From Leucoraja ocellata (taxonomy: Eukaryota), in assembly GCA_036785375.1 (NCBI GenBank), contig JAWMAR010000051.1:3038001-3102000 (forward strand): a stretch of DNA of 64,000 nt, written 5' to 3'. Below the pieces are notes generated by a model. It had not been told where the DNA came from. It searched no databases and saw only the letters and a program-made list of their open reading frames with translations. This document shows, in pieces, positions 1 to 12,010 of this stretch; positions within the stretch are counted from its first letter, which is position 1, and each line of letters opens with the position of its first letter. Position numbers and translations under genes: made by a program.

Positions 1-82
1 TGCCACCACACAGAGGAATATAATCAATCATATTTCCCCCACTTATTTCCCTGTAACTCATTCTTCCAAAACATGCCCCACT

Positions 83-745
83 TCACCTACACTTAGGATA
101 ATTTCGCCGGGGCAAGATGGCGGCGCGACCGGAGCTCGCAGCGACCTCTCCCAGTGAAAGTTCAGTGTATTCGTGGATTTTTGGAGCGAGTGGTGTGTAC
201 GAAGAGTGTGTGTCGGAGGAGTGTGTGTACGTGCGTAAGTACGAGCGGCAGGTTCTTTTAAAAATCGGCAGCAAGGCTGGGAAGAGGTACAGGAGCATTA
301 GCTGCAAAACCAGCAGGATGCTCCTCAGCTTCTTCCCACAGGCTATAAGACTGTTAAATGGACTTTGCCCCCTGCCAAGTATCGCGCACAAACCCCCACA
401 CTGCAGCAGAGCCACTGTTGTGCCGCTGCCGGTCGGAACGGCTGTTGAATGTTTAGTAGAGTGTTAAATTTGTTCATGATACATGTATTTTTTATTTCTA
501 TTTATTTTTTCATGCACACTGAATGGACACTGGTTGAGCAACGTTTTTTTGTTTCCTCTGGGTATGCGAATACTCAGGAAATTACAATAAAGATATACAA
601 TACAATACAATTTACAATAACCGATGAACCCAACAACCACCATGTCTTTGGGATGTGGGGAGAAACTGAAGTGCCCAAAGGAAACTCACATGGTCACAGG
701 GAGACCACACAAACTCCAAACAGACAGCACCAGATGTCAGCGATG
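83..745 (-). mobile_element. Degenerate V-SINE/HE1-like SINE split by the Rex1 element
   Basis: CCTACACTTAGGATAATTT (left) continues as TTTACAATA...GTCTTTGGGATGTGGGGAGAAACT...CAAACTCCAAACAGACAGCACC (right), colinear with other SINE copies in the window. Confidence 0.7.
105..608 (+). mobile_element. Internally deleted (bipartite) Rex1/Babar-type non-autonomous LINE
   Basis: CpG-rich 5' end with AAGATGGCGGCG. Short ORF ...YERQVLLKIG joined to the Rex1 C-terminal motif GKRYRSISCKTSRMLLSFFPQAIRLLN. AATAAA plus (TACAA)n tail; AATTT on both flanks. Confidence 0.7.
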
Positions 746-759
746 AACATGATACCAAA

Positions 760-1960
760 AGAAACTAATCTCCTTTGATCCATTTCAATCTATTCCCTGA
801 TTTTAGAAAACCTCCCAACTGCCAGTACCATATCTGCTGTGACCATGACCCTTCACTACCCTCCAGGCACCCACAACTCTCGGTGTGAAAAACATGCCTG
901 GCACATCGCCTTTAAACTTTCGCCCACTGTGACCTTAAAGCAATGCCTTCTTGTATTTGACATTTCCATCCTGCAGAAAAGTTCTGAATTTATACTCTAT
1001 CTATACTCTCAATTTTATATGTTTCTATTAGGTCTTCCCCTTCATCCTCTTATGTGACAGTGACAGTGACAACAAACTGAGTCTGTCCACCCTCTAATCC
1101 AGGCAACATTCTGATAAACCTCTGCACAGTCACCAGAGCCTCCACAACCTTTCTGTAATGGGATGGCCAGAAATCCATAGTAGCTTAACCAAAGTCCTAT
1201 AAAGCTGCAACATGACTTTCTGATCCTTATATTCATGACCAATGGAGGCAAGCAATGAATACCATATGCTTTCTTTTCCACTCTATCTACTTATGCTGCC
1301 ACTTTCAGAGACTTATAGACTTGGAGCCCAAGATCCTTTTGTTAATGACTGCTGTTAAGGGTAATGCCATGAATTGTATATTGTCCCTTTACATTTGACC
1401 TCCCAAAGTACAAAACCCCATGCTTGCTCAGATTAAATGCCACCTGCCATATCTCCATCCATTTCTGAATGCTATTAAGGGTAATGCCATCTATTTTCTG
1501 CTGTATGCTTTGGCAGCCTTCGTCACTGGCTGCAACTCCACCAATGTTGCCAACTTACCAACTTACCAACCAACCCATCTACATTTACATTCAAGTCATT
1601 TATAAAGTCTCAGTACAGAGCTCTGCGGAATACCACTGGTCACAATCCACCACCAGCATTGGCCTTCTAATGGTAAGCCAATCTTGAATCCAAACTACCA
1701 AATCACTGTGGAATTCTACTGCATCTTAATCTTCTAGATCAGCCGACCAAGAGATGACTTTATCTAGTGCCATACATCCAGTACCCTACCCTCAATCAGT
1801 TTTGACGCCTCCTCAAAAAAATCAAATTGGTAAGACATGACAGGCCACAGACAAGGCCATGCTGACTGTCCCCAACTATCCTCATTCTTTTCTAAAAGTG
1901 AATAAATCCTATCCTGAAGAATCCACTCCAATAGAGGTTCACCGGTCTACGATTTCCTGA
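760..1960 (-). mobile_element. Old CR1/HER1 LINE ORF2 fragments
   Basis: Degenerate similarity to the CR1 copy at 5756-6690 (e.g. KSCCSFIGLWLSYY corresponds to the LQLY/LVRPHLEY region; TTTTTTGAGGAGG RT-proximal motif). Confidence 0.6.
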
Positions 1961-2065
1961 TTATCTTCTCTCTGAAGTCAGGTTGCTGGAGTTGGGAGAC
2001 AGCTGGTCTAACGCTGTCCATCCTGCCCATTGTAATATCCATTGTAATATCCATTTCAAACTGCT

Positions 2066-2346
2066 GTTTAGTTTAGAGATACAGCGGGGAAACAGGCCCT
2101 TCGGCACCGACCAACAATCCCCGCATGTTAACATTATCCTAAACACACTAGGGATAATTTTTACATTTACCAATTACCCTGCATACCTGTATGTCTTTGG
2201 GGTGTGGGAGGAACCCGATGACCTCGGAGAAAATCCACGCAGGACACGGGAAGAATGTACAAACAGCACCAATTGTCGGGATCATACCCGGGTCTCCGGC
2301 GCTGCAGGCGCTGTAAGGCAGCAAAACTATTGCTGCGCCACCATGT
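2066..2346 (-). mobile_element. V-SINE/HE1-like tRNA-derived SINE
   Basis: Reverse complement has a GGTGGCGCAGC A-box head, GGTTCCTCCCACACCCCAAAGAC core and CR1-like tail GAAGGGCCTGTTTCCCCGCTGTATCTCTAAACTAAAC. Confidence 0.85.
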
Positions 2347-2589
2347 CGATATAAGAGCTTTCATCATAGTGAGAAATCATATTCAAAGCTTGTGCTTCTC
2401 ACGAGACTTTGGAAGTACTGGAGAAATGCTGCAGCTGATTGCACAGAAGACTGGGATTTACAAAACCTATGTGCATGATGTTAAGCAGATTGAGCACACA
2501 AGGAAACTCCTTCCACTACTGTGCATTCCCCACCCTATCTGCATCTGAAAACTAATTTGGTTTCTCTTGTTCCTAGTTATTGATTTCAG

Positions 2590-3510
2590 GAAATGAGGCG
2601 GTGTGCATGCCCCAGTTAGTGTCATTGGTGCTAATGTGGAGAGGTCAAGAGCTTCAAATTCCTAGGCATAAATGACAGCCATAATTTGTCCTGGACCAAC
2701 CACATTGAATCTACAGCACATTGAATCTAAAGACTAAGGAAGTTTGGCATGTCTCCAATGACTTTTACCAACTGGGATTGGAAACAGCCCTGCTCAAGAC
2801 CACAAGAAATGAGAGGGACAGACACAAAAAGCTGGAGTAACTCAGCGGGCCAGGCAGCATCTCTGGAGAGAAGGAATGGGTGACGTTTCGGGTCAAGAAA
2901 TCTTCAGAAGGGTCTCGAACCGAAACGGCACCCATTCCTTCTCTCCAGAGATGCTGCCTGGCCCGCTGAGTTACTCCAGCTTTTTGTGTCTATCTTCGGT
3001 TTAAACCAGCATCTGCAGTTCCTTCCTAGAAATTACAGAGAGTTGTTGATGCAGCCTAATCCATCAAACCAACCAGTCTCCCCCACCACCACCCCCTCTA
3101 AGGTGTGGCTCTACACTTCATACACCTCAGGAAAATAGGTAACAACATCTCAGACTTTTTTCATCCCGGTCATTTACTTCACCTGCCTCTCCTGTCAGGC
3201 AGACGATACAAAAGCCAGATTCAACAAAGCTTCTTTCGCAACATTATCAGACTACTGAAAGGTCTTTCCATAAGTTCCCAATTTCCCAATCTACCTCTTT
3301 GCGATATTGTACTTTTGTTTTTTACTTACACTTTCTCTATAACTGTAACACGGTAAGCTGTAACACTATATTCTGCACGCATTTCTCTTTGCACTACTTC
3401 TCGTACTTGTTTGTGGCTTGATTGTCCTCATATATATGATTTGACTGGATAGCACACACACAAGGTTTCACACTGTTCTTCGGTTTTCTTGGTAATAATA
3501 AACTAATACC
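2590..3510 (+). mobile_element. Old Rex1/Babar LINE 3' part, interrupted by a fold-back element
   Basis: Remnant frames VKSFKFLGI, AQDHKK|LQRVVDAA, HPGHLLHLPLLSGRRYKS..FF..IIRLL; AATAAA near 3498. Confidence 0.7.
2811..3027 (+). mobile_element. Penelope-derived palindromic (fold-back) insertion
   Basis: About 75-bp inverted arms (2820-2898 / 2913-2991) plus a ~35-nt unpaired tail ending CAGCATCTGCAGTTCCTTCCT; AGAAAT direct repeat at 2805-2810 and 3028-3033. Confidence 0.75.
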
Positions 3511-3879
3511 AGTAGGTAGTGCATATGTATGTGCTGTTATCTTCATAACTATGGTGTCTTGTGCAACTCTGGCAGACTCTGCCTGCAAGATCAAATGCCA
3601 CCATAACAAAAAATGGCAAATAATCCTTAAACAATGTCAGTAGCAGAGCCCAATTTCATACCTGCTATTTCTAGGGTATACCTTCCCCCTCAATATTGCC
3701 TTAAGGTCCGATACAACTAAAGGAATAAGACAAGATAACAGATTGTAGCATTGCTTAGTCTATTAATGTAAATCTACAAATTACATTTGTATTATGGGTT
3801 GGGAAAGAAAAACAAAAAAAATAAAAAAATGAAGTGATTAATAACATAGGCACCTCAAGATTTGACTCCACTATTGCGA

Positions 3880-4370
3880 AGGGGAGGCTTTGGAAAGGGC
3901 GCAGAAGAGATTGACCAGAATGCTGCCTTGTTTGTGGGGTATTAGCTGCAAGGAGAGGTTGGACAGACTTGGTTTGTTTTCTCTTGAACAGCGAAGATTG
4001 CAGGATGACTTGATAAAGGTATATAAAATTATGAGAGAGAGATAGAGTAGAAGTCAGAACCTTTTCCTAGGATGGAAAAATCAAATACTAGAGGGCATAG
4101 CTTTAAGGTGAGTTTGGCTATTTAAGGGAGATGTGCGGGCAACTTTTCTTTTTACACAGAGGATGGTGAGTGTCTGAATGTGCTGTCAGCTGTAGGTGGA
4201 GGCAGATACAATAGTGGCCTTCAAGAGGCTTTTGGATAGGCATATGACTATGCAGGGAATGGGAGGATATGAATTATGCGCAGATAGATGAGAGAGGGTC
4301 TGAGCCTCAGGTTTGGCAGGGACACAATGGGCTGAAGGGCCTGTTCTTGTGCTTTACTGTTCTACATTCT
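3880..4370 (+). mobile_element. CR1/HER1 LINE 3' fragment
   Basis: ACTAGAGGGCATAGCTTTAAGGTGAG, TTTTACACAGAGGATGGTG and GGGCTGAAGGGCCTGTT tail, typical of CR1 3' ends. Confidence 0.8.
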
Positions 4371-5755
4371 ATGTTTTATGATACAAGTTCAAATTTGAAC
4401 CATATAAATCATTTATTTGCAATTAGTGCTGGAGTACATTTGCCACACCTATACATAGGTCTTAATACACAGTATTAATGTGCCAGTTTTTGAAAATTTC
4501 TCTTTGTATTTTTGCTAAACAATGCAAGTGCCACACTGCTCCATTAAATATGGTGTGACACCAATTAGTGAAGTTGGGAGTTCCAACAGCCCTACTGTAA
4601 TCACTTAGGAACCAAAAAGGAAACAGCTCCTTTAAACTTCCTGTGCCTAGGGAAGCCATTTCCTTCCTGTTACCCAGATGCAGTTGTACCTATGCAATGG
4701 TAAAAGGACATTAAAAAGTAGCTAATACTTTTTAGGCAAAAAGATTTTCCATAAACATGGCATGCGCTATTACTCTATCAGTATGAATTGTAAAAAGAAA
4801 TGTGGCATTGATACAATTTCTGTACATTGCGACTCAATACACAGTTTATTATTTATTGACATTTTTGATTTTTACATTGGAACACATCTTTTAATTACAA
4901 ATCTGTTCCTTGGTGCGATCGTTGCAGATTAGATACTCACAGATACAGATGGGATAGCAGATAGTAAAGAATAATGCCAAAAGATTATTAAAGCCAGATA
5001 AGCTCCAAAAAAAAACTTGTTTGAAATGTTTCTACTTAAATCACCATGTGGGACTTCTTAATGGCATAATCTACTTAATAGCATTGATGCCTCTGGAGCT
5101 GTTGATGTGCAATTATGTAGTTATTTTTCGGGAGTGGAAATCCCACAGGAATTTGATGAAAATTATATTATGAAAACAGCTTTATGCTATGCAACAATTG
5201 ACAGAAAAGATCTGGTTTTCAATTGATTCCTGACAATACAGATGGTGAGATTCTTTTTAAATTGACTTTTCTATTTCTTCTTTGCCCCCTCTAAATTTTC
5301 CAAGGTCATCAATATGTCAGGTGCCTTTGCATTTAAAAATACATATTATTTGCATCCCACAGCTTTAACTTTGTCTAATGAGGCAATTTAAAACTTAACA
5401 ATTAATCTAGTTCATTATGAACTCAAGCTATCATTCCTTGAACAGTCCCAACTCCCAAATGGTACCACTTGTGAGCTGAGAATTCCAGTCAATATCTATT
5501 AGGTCGTTGATATTCCTAGAAATATACCACTTGGTCTAATTTTTTAATTTGCACAAATATCCTGTAATTGAATAGACAGATACAATTAAATAGTCTCTTT
5601 TTATTTGTTTAGTTACTGAGTCAGGTGCTTCTGTCCAAATTTCACTAATTTTTTTAGAAGTTCTTTGCACAATTTAAAAGAAAAAAAACTCAAATGCAGA
5701 CCTAGCAAGTTCTCACCCGATTCATATTAACAATATTCCTATAATAGTCAATATA

Positions 5756-6690
5756 TGACAATAGACAATAGGTGCAGGAGCAGGCCATTTGGCCCTTCGA
5801 GTCAGCACCACCATTCAATGTGATCATGGCTGATCATCTCCAATCAGTACCCCATTCCTGCCTTCTCCCCATATCCCCTGACTCCGTTATTTTTAAGAGC
5901 CCTATCTAGCTCTCTCTTGAAAACATCCAGAGAACCTGCCTCCACCGCCCTCTGAGGAAGATAATTCCACAGACTCACCACTCTCTGTGGGAAAAAGTGT
6001 TTCCTCGTCTCCGTTCTAAAACGTATTCTTAAACTGTTGTCCCTGGTACTGGACTCCCCCAATATCGGGAACATGTTTCCTGCCTCTAGCATGTCCAAGC
6101 CCTTAACAATCTTATATGTTTCAATGAGATACCCTCTCATCCTTCTAAACTCCAGAGTGATCAAGCCCAGCTGCTCCATTCTCTCAGCATATGACAGTCC
6201 CGCCATCCTGGGAATTAACCTTGTAAACCTGCACTGCTCTCCCTCAATAGAAAGAATGTCCTTCCTCAAATTAGGGGACCAAAACTGCACACAATACTCC
6301 AGGTGTGGTCTCACTAGGGCTCTGTACAACTGCAGAAGGTCCTCTTTGCTCCTATATTCGATTCCTCGTGTTATAAAGGCCAACATGCCATTCGCTTTCT
6401 TCACTGCCTGCTGTACCTGCATGCTTACTTTCATAGACTGATGTACAAGGACCCCCAGATCCCATTGTACTTCCCGTTTTCCCAACAACGCCATTTAGAT
6501 AGTAATCTGCCTTCCTGTTTTTGCTACCAGTGGATAACCTCACATTTATCCACATTAAACCTCATCTGCCATGCATCTGCCCACTCCCCCAACCTGTCCA
6601 AGTCACCCTGCATTCTCATAGCATCCTCCTCCTCCTCCTAGTTCACACTGCCACCCAGCTTTGTGTCACCTGCAAATTTGCTAATGTTTT
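5756..6690 (-). mobile_element. Relatively young 5'-truncated CR1 LINE (ORF2 C-terminus + 3'UTR)
   Basis: ORF 5844-6494: DLGVLVHQSMKVSMQVQQAVKKANGMLAFI...LYRALVRPHLEYCVQFWSP...RRMRGYLIETYKI, hallmark CR1 ORF2; (TATTGTC)n tail. Confidence 0.95.
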
Positions 6691-6714
6691 CTATTTTAAT
6701 GCAAAGAAAGGTCA

Positions 6715-6830
6715 TAGTCATATAGCATGGAAACAGGCCCTTTAGGCCAACTTGCTCGTGCTGACCGAGATGCCTCATCTATTCTAGTCCCACCTGCCTG
6801 CGTTTGACCCATATCCCTCCAAACCTTTCC
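6715..6830 (-). mobile_element. CR1/HER1 3' tail fragment
   Basis: CAGCATGGAAACAGGCCC-like tail, CCCACCTGCCTGCGTTTG, CCCATATCCCTC. Confidence 0.7.
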
Positions 6831-7719
6831 ATATGATGCACCATTTTAAAAACATTACATATTATTCCACTAGGAAATCCTTTAGGTGTGAATTTTATTT
6901 AAATTGACTTTAAATATACTTCTATCAAGTCATCCTATGACTCATATAAATGACTATATGATAAACGATTAATATTAAAGAATTGAAATGACTGTCACAG
7001 AATCCTTTCAAACTGAAATGGGAGATCAGCCATTTTTGATTACTTTGATTTGAAAAGGATTTTTCAAATAATGCAAACCAACAAATAATTTTTCATAAGG
7101 TAAGTACGGTAATAATGCAGGGTCTTCCAATGCATATTAACTGTCCATGTGAAGTTAAAGAAAATGTTTTTGCTGGGAAGCAGTATTAATATACATCTCT
7201 AAAGTAATCTCAGATATATTGTTAGGACGAAGAGTTTAAAAAAAAATCCAGTTAATTCATCAGAAGCCCCTTTCTCCAACATTTGCCTTCATTGCTCATG
7301 TTAAATTCCTGACTTTACTAATTTATACTTAGGAAAATTGTAGTATAGAACATATTCATGTTTGTAGTATTTCAAAAATGTTCACCCTGAATTCCCATCA
7401 GCTTTTAAAGCACTATAGAGTTGTCAGATTTACCTTTTTAAAGGATAAATTATTTCTTAAAAGTGACCGATTAGAATCAATGCTTGACAAGGAATTAAAG
7501 TCAGGCCAGTTATGGCCATTGTGTGTTTGGGCATCTTCTGAAATGCAATATACAAACAAGAGGCTGTAAATCAACCCACCAAGAAAGCACCAGATGCCCA
7601 GTATTGAGCCAGGTTTGTGTATATAAAAAGATTGTGGCTCTAATGAAACCCTGCCTACAATTTGATGCATTTGCAACTTGCAATATTAAGTTACATGAAA
7701 TAAAAATTTGGTATGAAAA

Positions 7720-8250
7720 TGAGTGGGTGAGGGTGTGTGAAGTGAGTGAGTGAGTGAGTGTGCATGTGGGTGTGGTGTGAGTGGGTGAGGAAGGAATGGG
7801 TGTGAGTGAATGAGGGGTGAGTGTGATAAGTGAATGGGGGTGCATGAGTGAGGGGGGGGGTGAGTGCGGAGTGAGCAAGTGAGAAGTGAGTGAGGGGGAG
7901 TGGGTGAGCCAGTGGGTGTGGTGTGAATGGGTGAGGAGTGAACGGGTGTGAGTGAGTGAGGGGGAGTGAGTGCAGAGCTAGTAATTGTGGGGTGAGTGGT
8001 TGGGTGAGGGATGAGCAAATGCAGAGTGATTAAGCTGGTGAGTGGGTCAGGGGTGAGAGGATGAGTGGGACTGGACAGGTGAAGAGTGAGGAAGTGAATG
8101 AGTGATGGGTGAGAAATGAGCAAGTGAGAAGTGAGCGAGCGGAGGGGTGGATGTGGAGTGAGTAAGGGGTGCATGGGGGAGGAATGAGTGGGTGGTAGTG
8201 AGTGGATGTGGAGTTAGGGAGGAGTGAATCAGGAGTGAGTGAGTGAGTAT
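7720..8250 (+). repeat. GAGT/GGGT-rich low-complexity tract
   Basis: Degenerate (GAGT)n/(GGGT)n with extreme strand asymmetry and almost no C. Confidence 0.9.
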
Positions 8251-8390
8251 TTAAGAGGGAACTGCAGATGCTGGAGAATCGAAGGTTACACAGAAAAGCT
8301 GGAGAAACTCAGCGGGTGCAGCAGCATCTATGGAGCGAAGGAAATAGGCAACGTTTCGGGCCGAAACCCTTCTTCAGACTGATCGGGGGG
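8251..8390 (-). mobile_element. Penelope-derived 3' terminus with hammerhead-core motif
   Basis: Near-identical to the right arm plus tail of the 22840-23022 element. Minus strand reads CTGAAGA-A-GGGT-TTCG-GCCC-GAAA-CGTT (8377-8350). Confidence 0.75.
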
Positions 8391-9901
8391 GAGTGAGTAG
8401 TTCTGCTCAGATTTCAAAACCATTAATGCATGAACAAATGTCACATGGTCAAATTCTGTCTGCAAGCAGGCAAATGACCCCCCCCCACGCACATATATTC
8501 AACATCTCCACAACGCAAAACAAAACAGTGCAATATACTAGCAGTCCCTAAACTGTGAACATTTTTAAATTCTGGTTCGCGAGTGGGCAAGGTCATTTTT
8601 GGTCCCAGTGAAATCAATGGGTTAAGAAGTCACCTTGTTTTTATTGTGTGAGGTTGTGCTTATGCAGGCAGAAATCAGGACATCTGGAACATGGAGCGAG
8701 AACAAGGAAAGGAGGTACATGAATAAACCAATCACAGGCGCTGACAAGGGGCACAGCATGGACAATGCAGAGGGGAGGCAGCTCGGAGCCGGCCGCTTTG
8801 TCTAGCGAGGGCCAGGCAGCGATGACTAATGAAGCATCAGGGGTGTGGGCCGTATGCCAGTACTGGAAGAAGATGTGCAGCAGCTTTGCAGATGTGTCAA
8901 AGCCCCCTTGAGCAAAATAATGACATAATCACCATCAGTGTCACAGACCAGACTGCATACAAGGTGACATGGGAGACAAAAAAAAAATGAAAGCAAATCC
9001 TTCCGAGGTTCTGAATACACAGTGCAAGATTGGTATCTCTAGTGGGAAAGAGTTGAGCAGCAGGGAGAGGCCGAATCAAAGATACTTATGAACAAGGAAA
9101 ACTAAAACTGAGGTTCATGTGCAGGAGTTAAGCAGTGGATTAGACACAAATAAAAACTGAAAAGAGAACTCTTTTCAAGTGGCACTAATTACTTGCCAAC
9201 AGGCTTTCTGTGTGGCAGAGGTGTTTGTGTCACTACAGCTGTCTGAGCCTCAAGTGACTTTTGTCAGCTTTAAGTGATTGTGCGCTTGTGAAGGTGGAAG
9301 AATAATAGCAAGTAACCAATGAGGAGTGATTGTTACAAAGCATTTGGCTCCAGTCGTTCCCTTTTCATTGCTTCTAATTAAAGATTCATAAGAACAGTTT
9401 CAATTTTTCATGAGTCCTTTTGCATTATCAAATCGACAGCAGTTACCTCTATTTTCACAAAGTTTCATGTATATGCATGCACTGCCAAATAGAACACACC
9501 CATTTTATGGTGTATCTGTGAATATATGAAGGAAAGACAAAGTGAAAAGTGTATTGTTTGATTGATAACTGCCTCAATCCTCAGGAAACATAACACAACA
9601 AGTGTTTTTTTTTTATTGACCCAAATGAAATATTGCATTTACCAGCTGTGGCTTCTTCTATTAGAACGAAGAATAAAGTTGCAGTAAACACATGGATTAA
9701 CCGCAGAATTGTACAACACGAGCTGCAGTATGGTGGCTGGAAAACCACATATCATTTACTTGGATCTTGTTTTTAATGCAGGCATTCTTCCAAATGTGAA
9801 TTATTGTTTGCTGTTGAACACTGCAAATATAAATATCATACTTCACCCTAGAGAACCCAGTGATATCGGGAGAGGCAAAGACCATCGGAGATGTAATATT
9901 A

Positions 9902-10125
9902 CATAGTAACATAGAAAATAGGAGCAGGAGGAGGCCATTCGGCCCTTTGAGCCAGCACCGTCATTCATTGTGATCATGGCTGATCGTCCCCTATCAATAA
10001 CCCGTGCCTGCCTTCTCCCCATATCCCTTGACTCCACTAGCCCTTAGAGCGCTATCTAACTCTTAAATCCATCCAGTGACTTGGCCTCCACTGCCCTATG
10101 CGGCAGGGAATTCCATAAATTCTCA
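9902..10125 (-). mobile_element. CR1 3' end
   Basis: AACATAGAAAATAGG...GGCCATTCGGCCCTTTGAGCCAGCACC; same family as 29695-29870. Confidence 0.85.
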
Positions 10126-10598
10126 GAATTATCCTTTACTTTAATAGCAATTCAAAGATAATTTTCTTACCGATTCACAGAACGTATAGAAGTGATTAAA
10201 ATGTCTATGATTTATCATCTCCTCTTCACTGACCATCAACGCATCTGCCCCTCAGGCTGTTTGCTTATCCCCCCGCTTCACTCTCTTTACACCCACCCAT
10301 GTGGCTAAGCATAGCACCAATGCCATTTATACATTCACTGATTGTGCCTGTGGTTGCCCGAATCATGGGTGTAATGAGGTCTTCAGAAAAGGGGAATTTG
10401 AGAGACCATGCGTCTGTTTTCATTGCTGGATCGGTGGTGGGGAGAGTTAGTATCTTCAAATGAAGGCGTTAATATCTTGAGTAACCTGCCCTGGGTCCAG
10501 CACACAGATGTAATCACCAAGGCAGCAATCCAGCACCTCCACTTTCTTAGAAGTTTAAAAGATTTGTCATGGCAACAAATAATCAAACAAACTTCTAC

Positions 10599-11112
10599 AA
10601 ATGGCAGATCCAGGCAGACTGAGACTCAGTAAACACCTTTGCTCAGTCCGTCTTGACCGACCTGATCTCCTGGTTGCTAAACGCTTTAATTCTCCTTCCC
10701 ACTCCCACATGACCTTTCTGTCCTAGACCTCCTCCATCGTCAGAGTGAGGCTAAACGCAAATTGGAGGAACAGCATCTCATATCTCACTTGGACAGCTTA
10801 CAATCCAGTGGTATGAATATTGATTTCTCACTTCAGGTAGCCCTGGCATTCCCTCTCTCTCCATCCCTCCCCCACCCAAGTCGCACCAGCTTCTCATTTT
10901 CACCCAACAAACAGCAAACAGTGGCCTGTTTCTTTTATCATTGCTACATTTTTGCATATCTTTTATTCATTGTTCTATAACTCTCTATGTCATCGTCTAT
11001 ATCTCTCATTTCCCTTTTCCCTAACTAGTCTGAAGAAGGGTCTCGACCCAAAATTCCTTCTCTCCAGAGATGCCGCGTGTCCCGCTTAGTTACTCCAGCT
11101 TATTGCGTCTAT
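10599..11112 (+). mobile_element. Penelope-like element 3' fragment (GIY-YIG C-terminus + terminal repeat)
   Basis: Remnant PDLLVAKRFNSPSHSH...SEAKRKLEEQHLISHLDSLQSSGMNIDF, then TCTGAAGAAGGGTCTCGACCC and CCAGAGATGC..TTACTCCAGC; CTTCTAC at both flanks. Confidence 0.8.
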
Positions 11113-11375
11113 CTTCTACTTATGCACTATAGAATATATCCTGATTGGTTGCATAATGGCCTGGTATGGCAATTCTAACATGCAGAAATTCAAGAGGTTG
11201 CAGAGAGCGGTGGACTCTACCCTTTCCCACATGGCTGCAGTCTTCCCCACCAAAGGCATCTATGAAGCACTGCCTCAAGTAGGTGGCATCTATCATCCCG
11301 CCATCCAGGTCATGCTCTCTTCTTGCTTGGTACCATCAGGCAAGAGGTACAGACACATGAAGTCACACATCACCA

Positions 11376-12010
11376 GGGATGCACAGTGGCGCAGCAGTAG
11401 AGTTGCTACTTTACGGGTGCTGTCTGTATGGGGTTTGAACGTTCTCCCTGTGGCCTGCGTGGGTTTTCTCCGGGATCTCTGGTTTCCTCCCACACTCCAA
11501 AGACATGCAGGTTTGTAGATTATTGGGACACAGCTACCAGCCTTGGAGGGCACACACGGTGCCTCAGGAAGGCCGTCAGCATCCATAAAGACTCCTCACA
11601 CCCTTGTAACGGACTGTTCGAACTACTTCCCTCCGGCAGACGTTACAAGGCCTTCTACGCCCGAACCTCCAGACTCAGAAACAGCTTTATTCCCAGAGCT
11701 ATAGCGGCTCTGAACCGGCCCTGCTGAGTGCCCCCCATCCCCCCTGGACTGTCTCCCTCGGATGGTCACGTCACATAGCTTATTTATTTATTTTACTTTT
11801 CTTTTACATCGGTTGGAAGCTGCATACTAAATCTCGTTGCACTGATGTGCAATGACAATAAAAGATATTATTATTATTATATTATTATTATTATTAATTG
11901 GCTTGATATAATTGTAAATCGTCCCTAGTGTGTAGGGTAGTGCATGTATGCGGGAATCGCTCCTATGTGGGCCAAAGGGCCTGTTTCTGCGCTGTATCTA
12001 TAAACTAAAC
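11376..12010 (+). mobile_element. V-SINE/HE1-like SINE (interrupted)
   Basis: CACAGTGGCGCAGCAGTAGAGTTGCT head, GGTTTCCTCCCACACTCCAAAGAC core, GGGCCTGTTTCTGCGCTGTATCTATAAACTAAAC tail. Confidence 0.85.
11525..11896 (+). mobile_element. Young Rex1/Babar 3' end with (ATT)n tail
   Basis: TRCLRKAVSIHKDSSHPCNGLFELLPSGRRYKAFYARTSRLRNSFIPRAIAALN, AATAAA, (TTA)n. Confidence 0.88.

Noticed and set aside
7510-8174. His/Pro/Thr/Leu-rich ORFs
   Set aside because: Translations of the GAGT/GGGT low-complexity tract.
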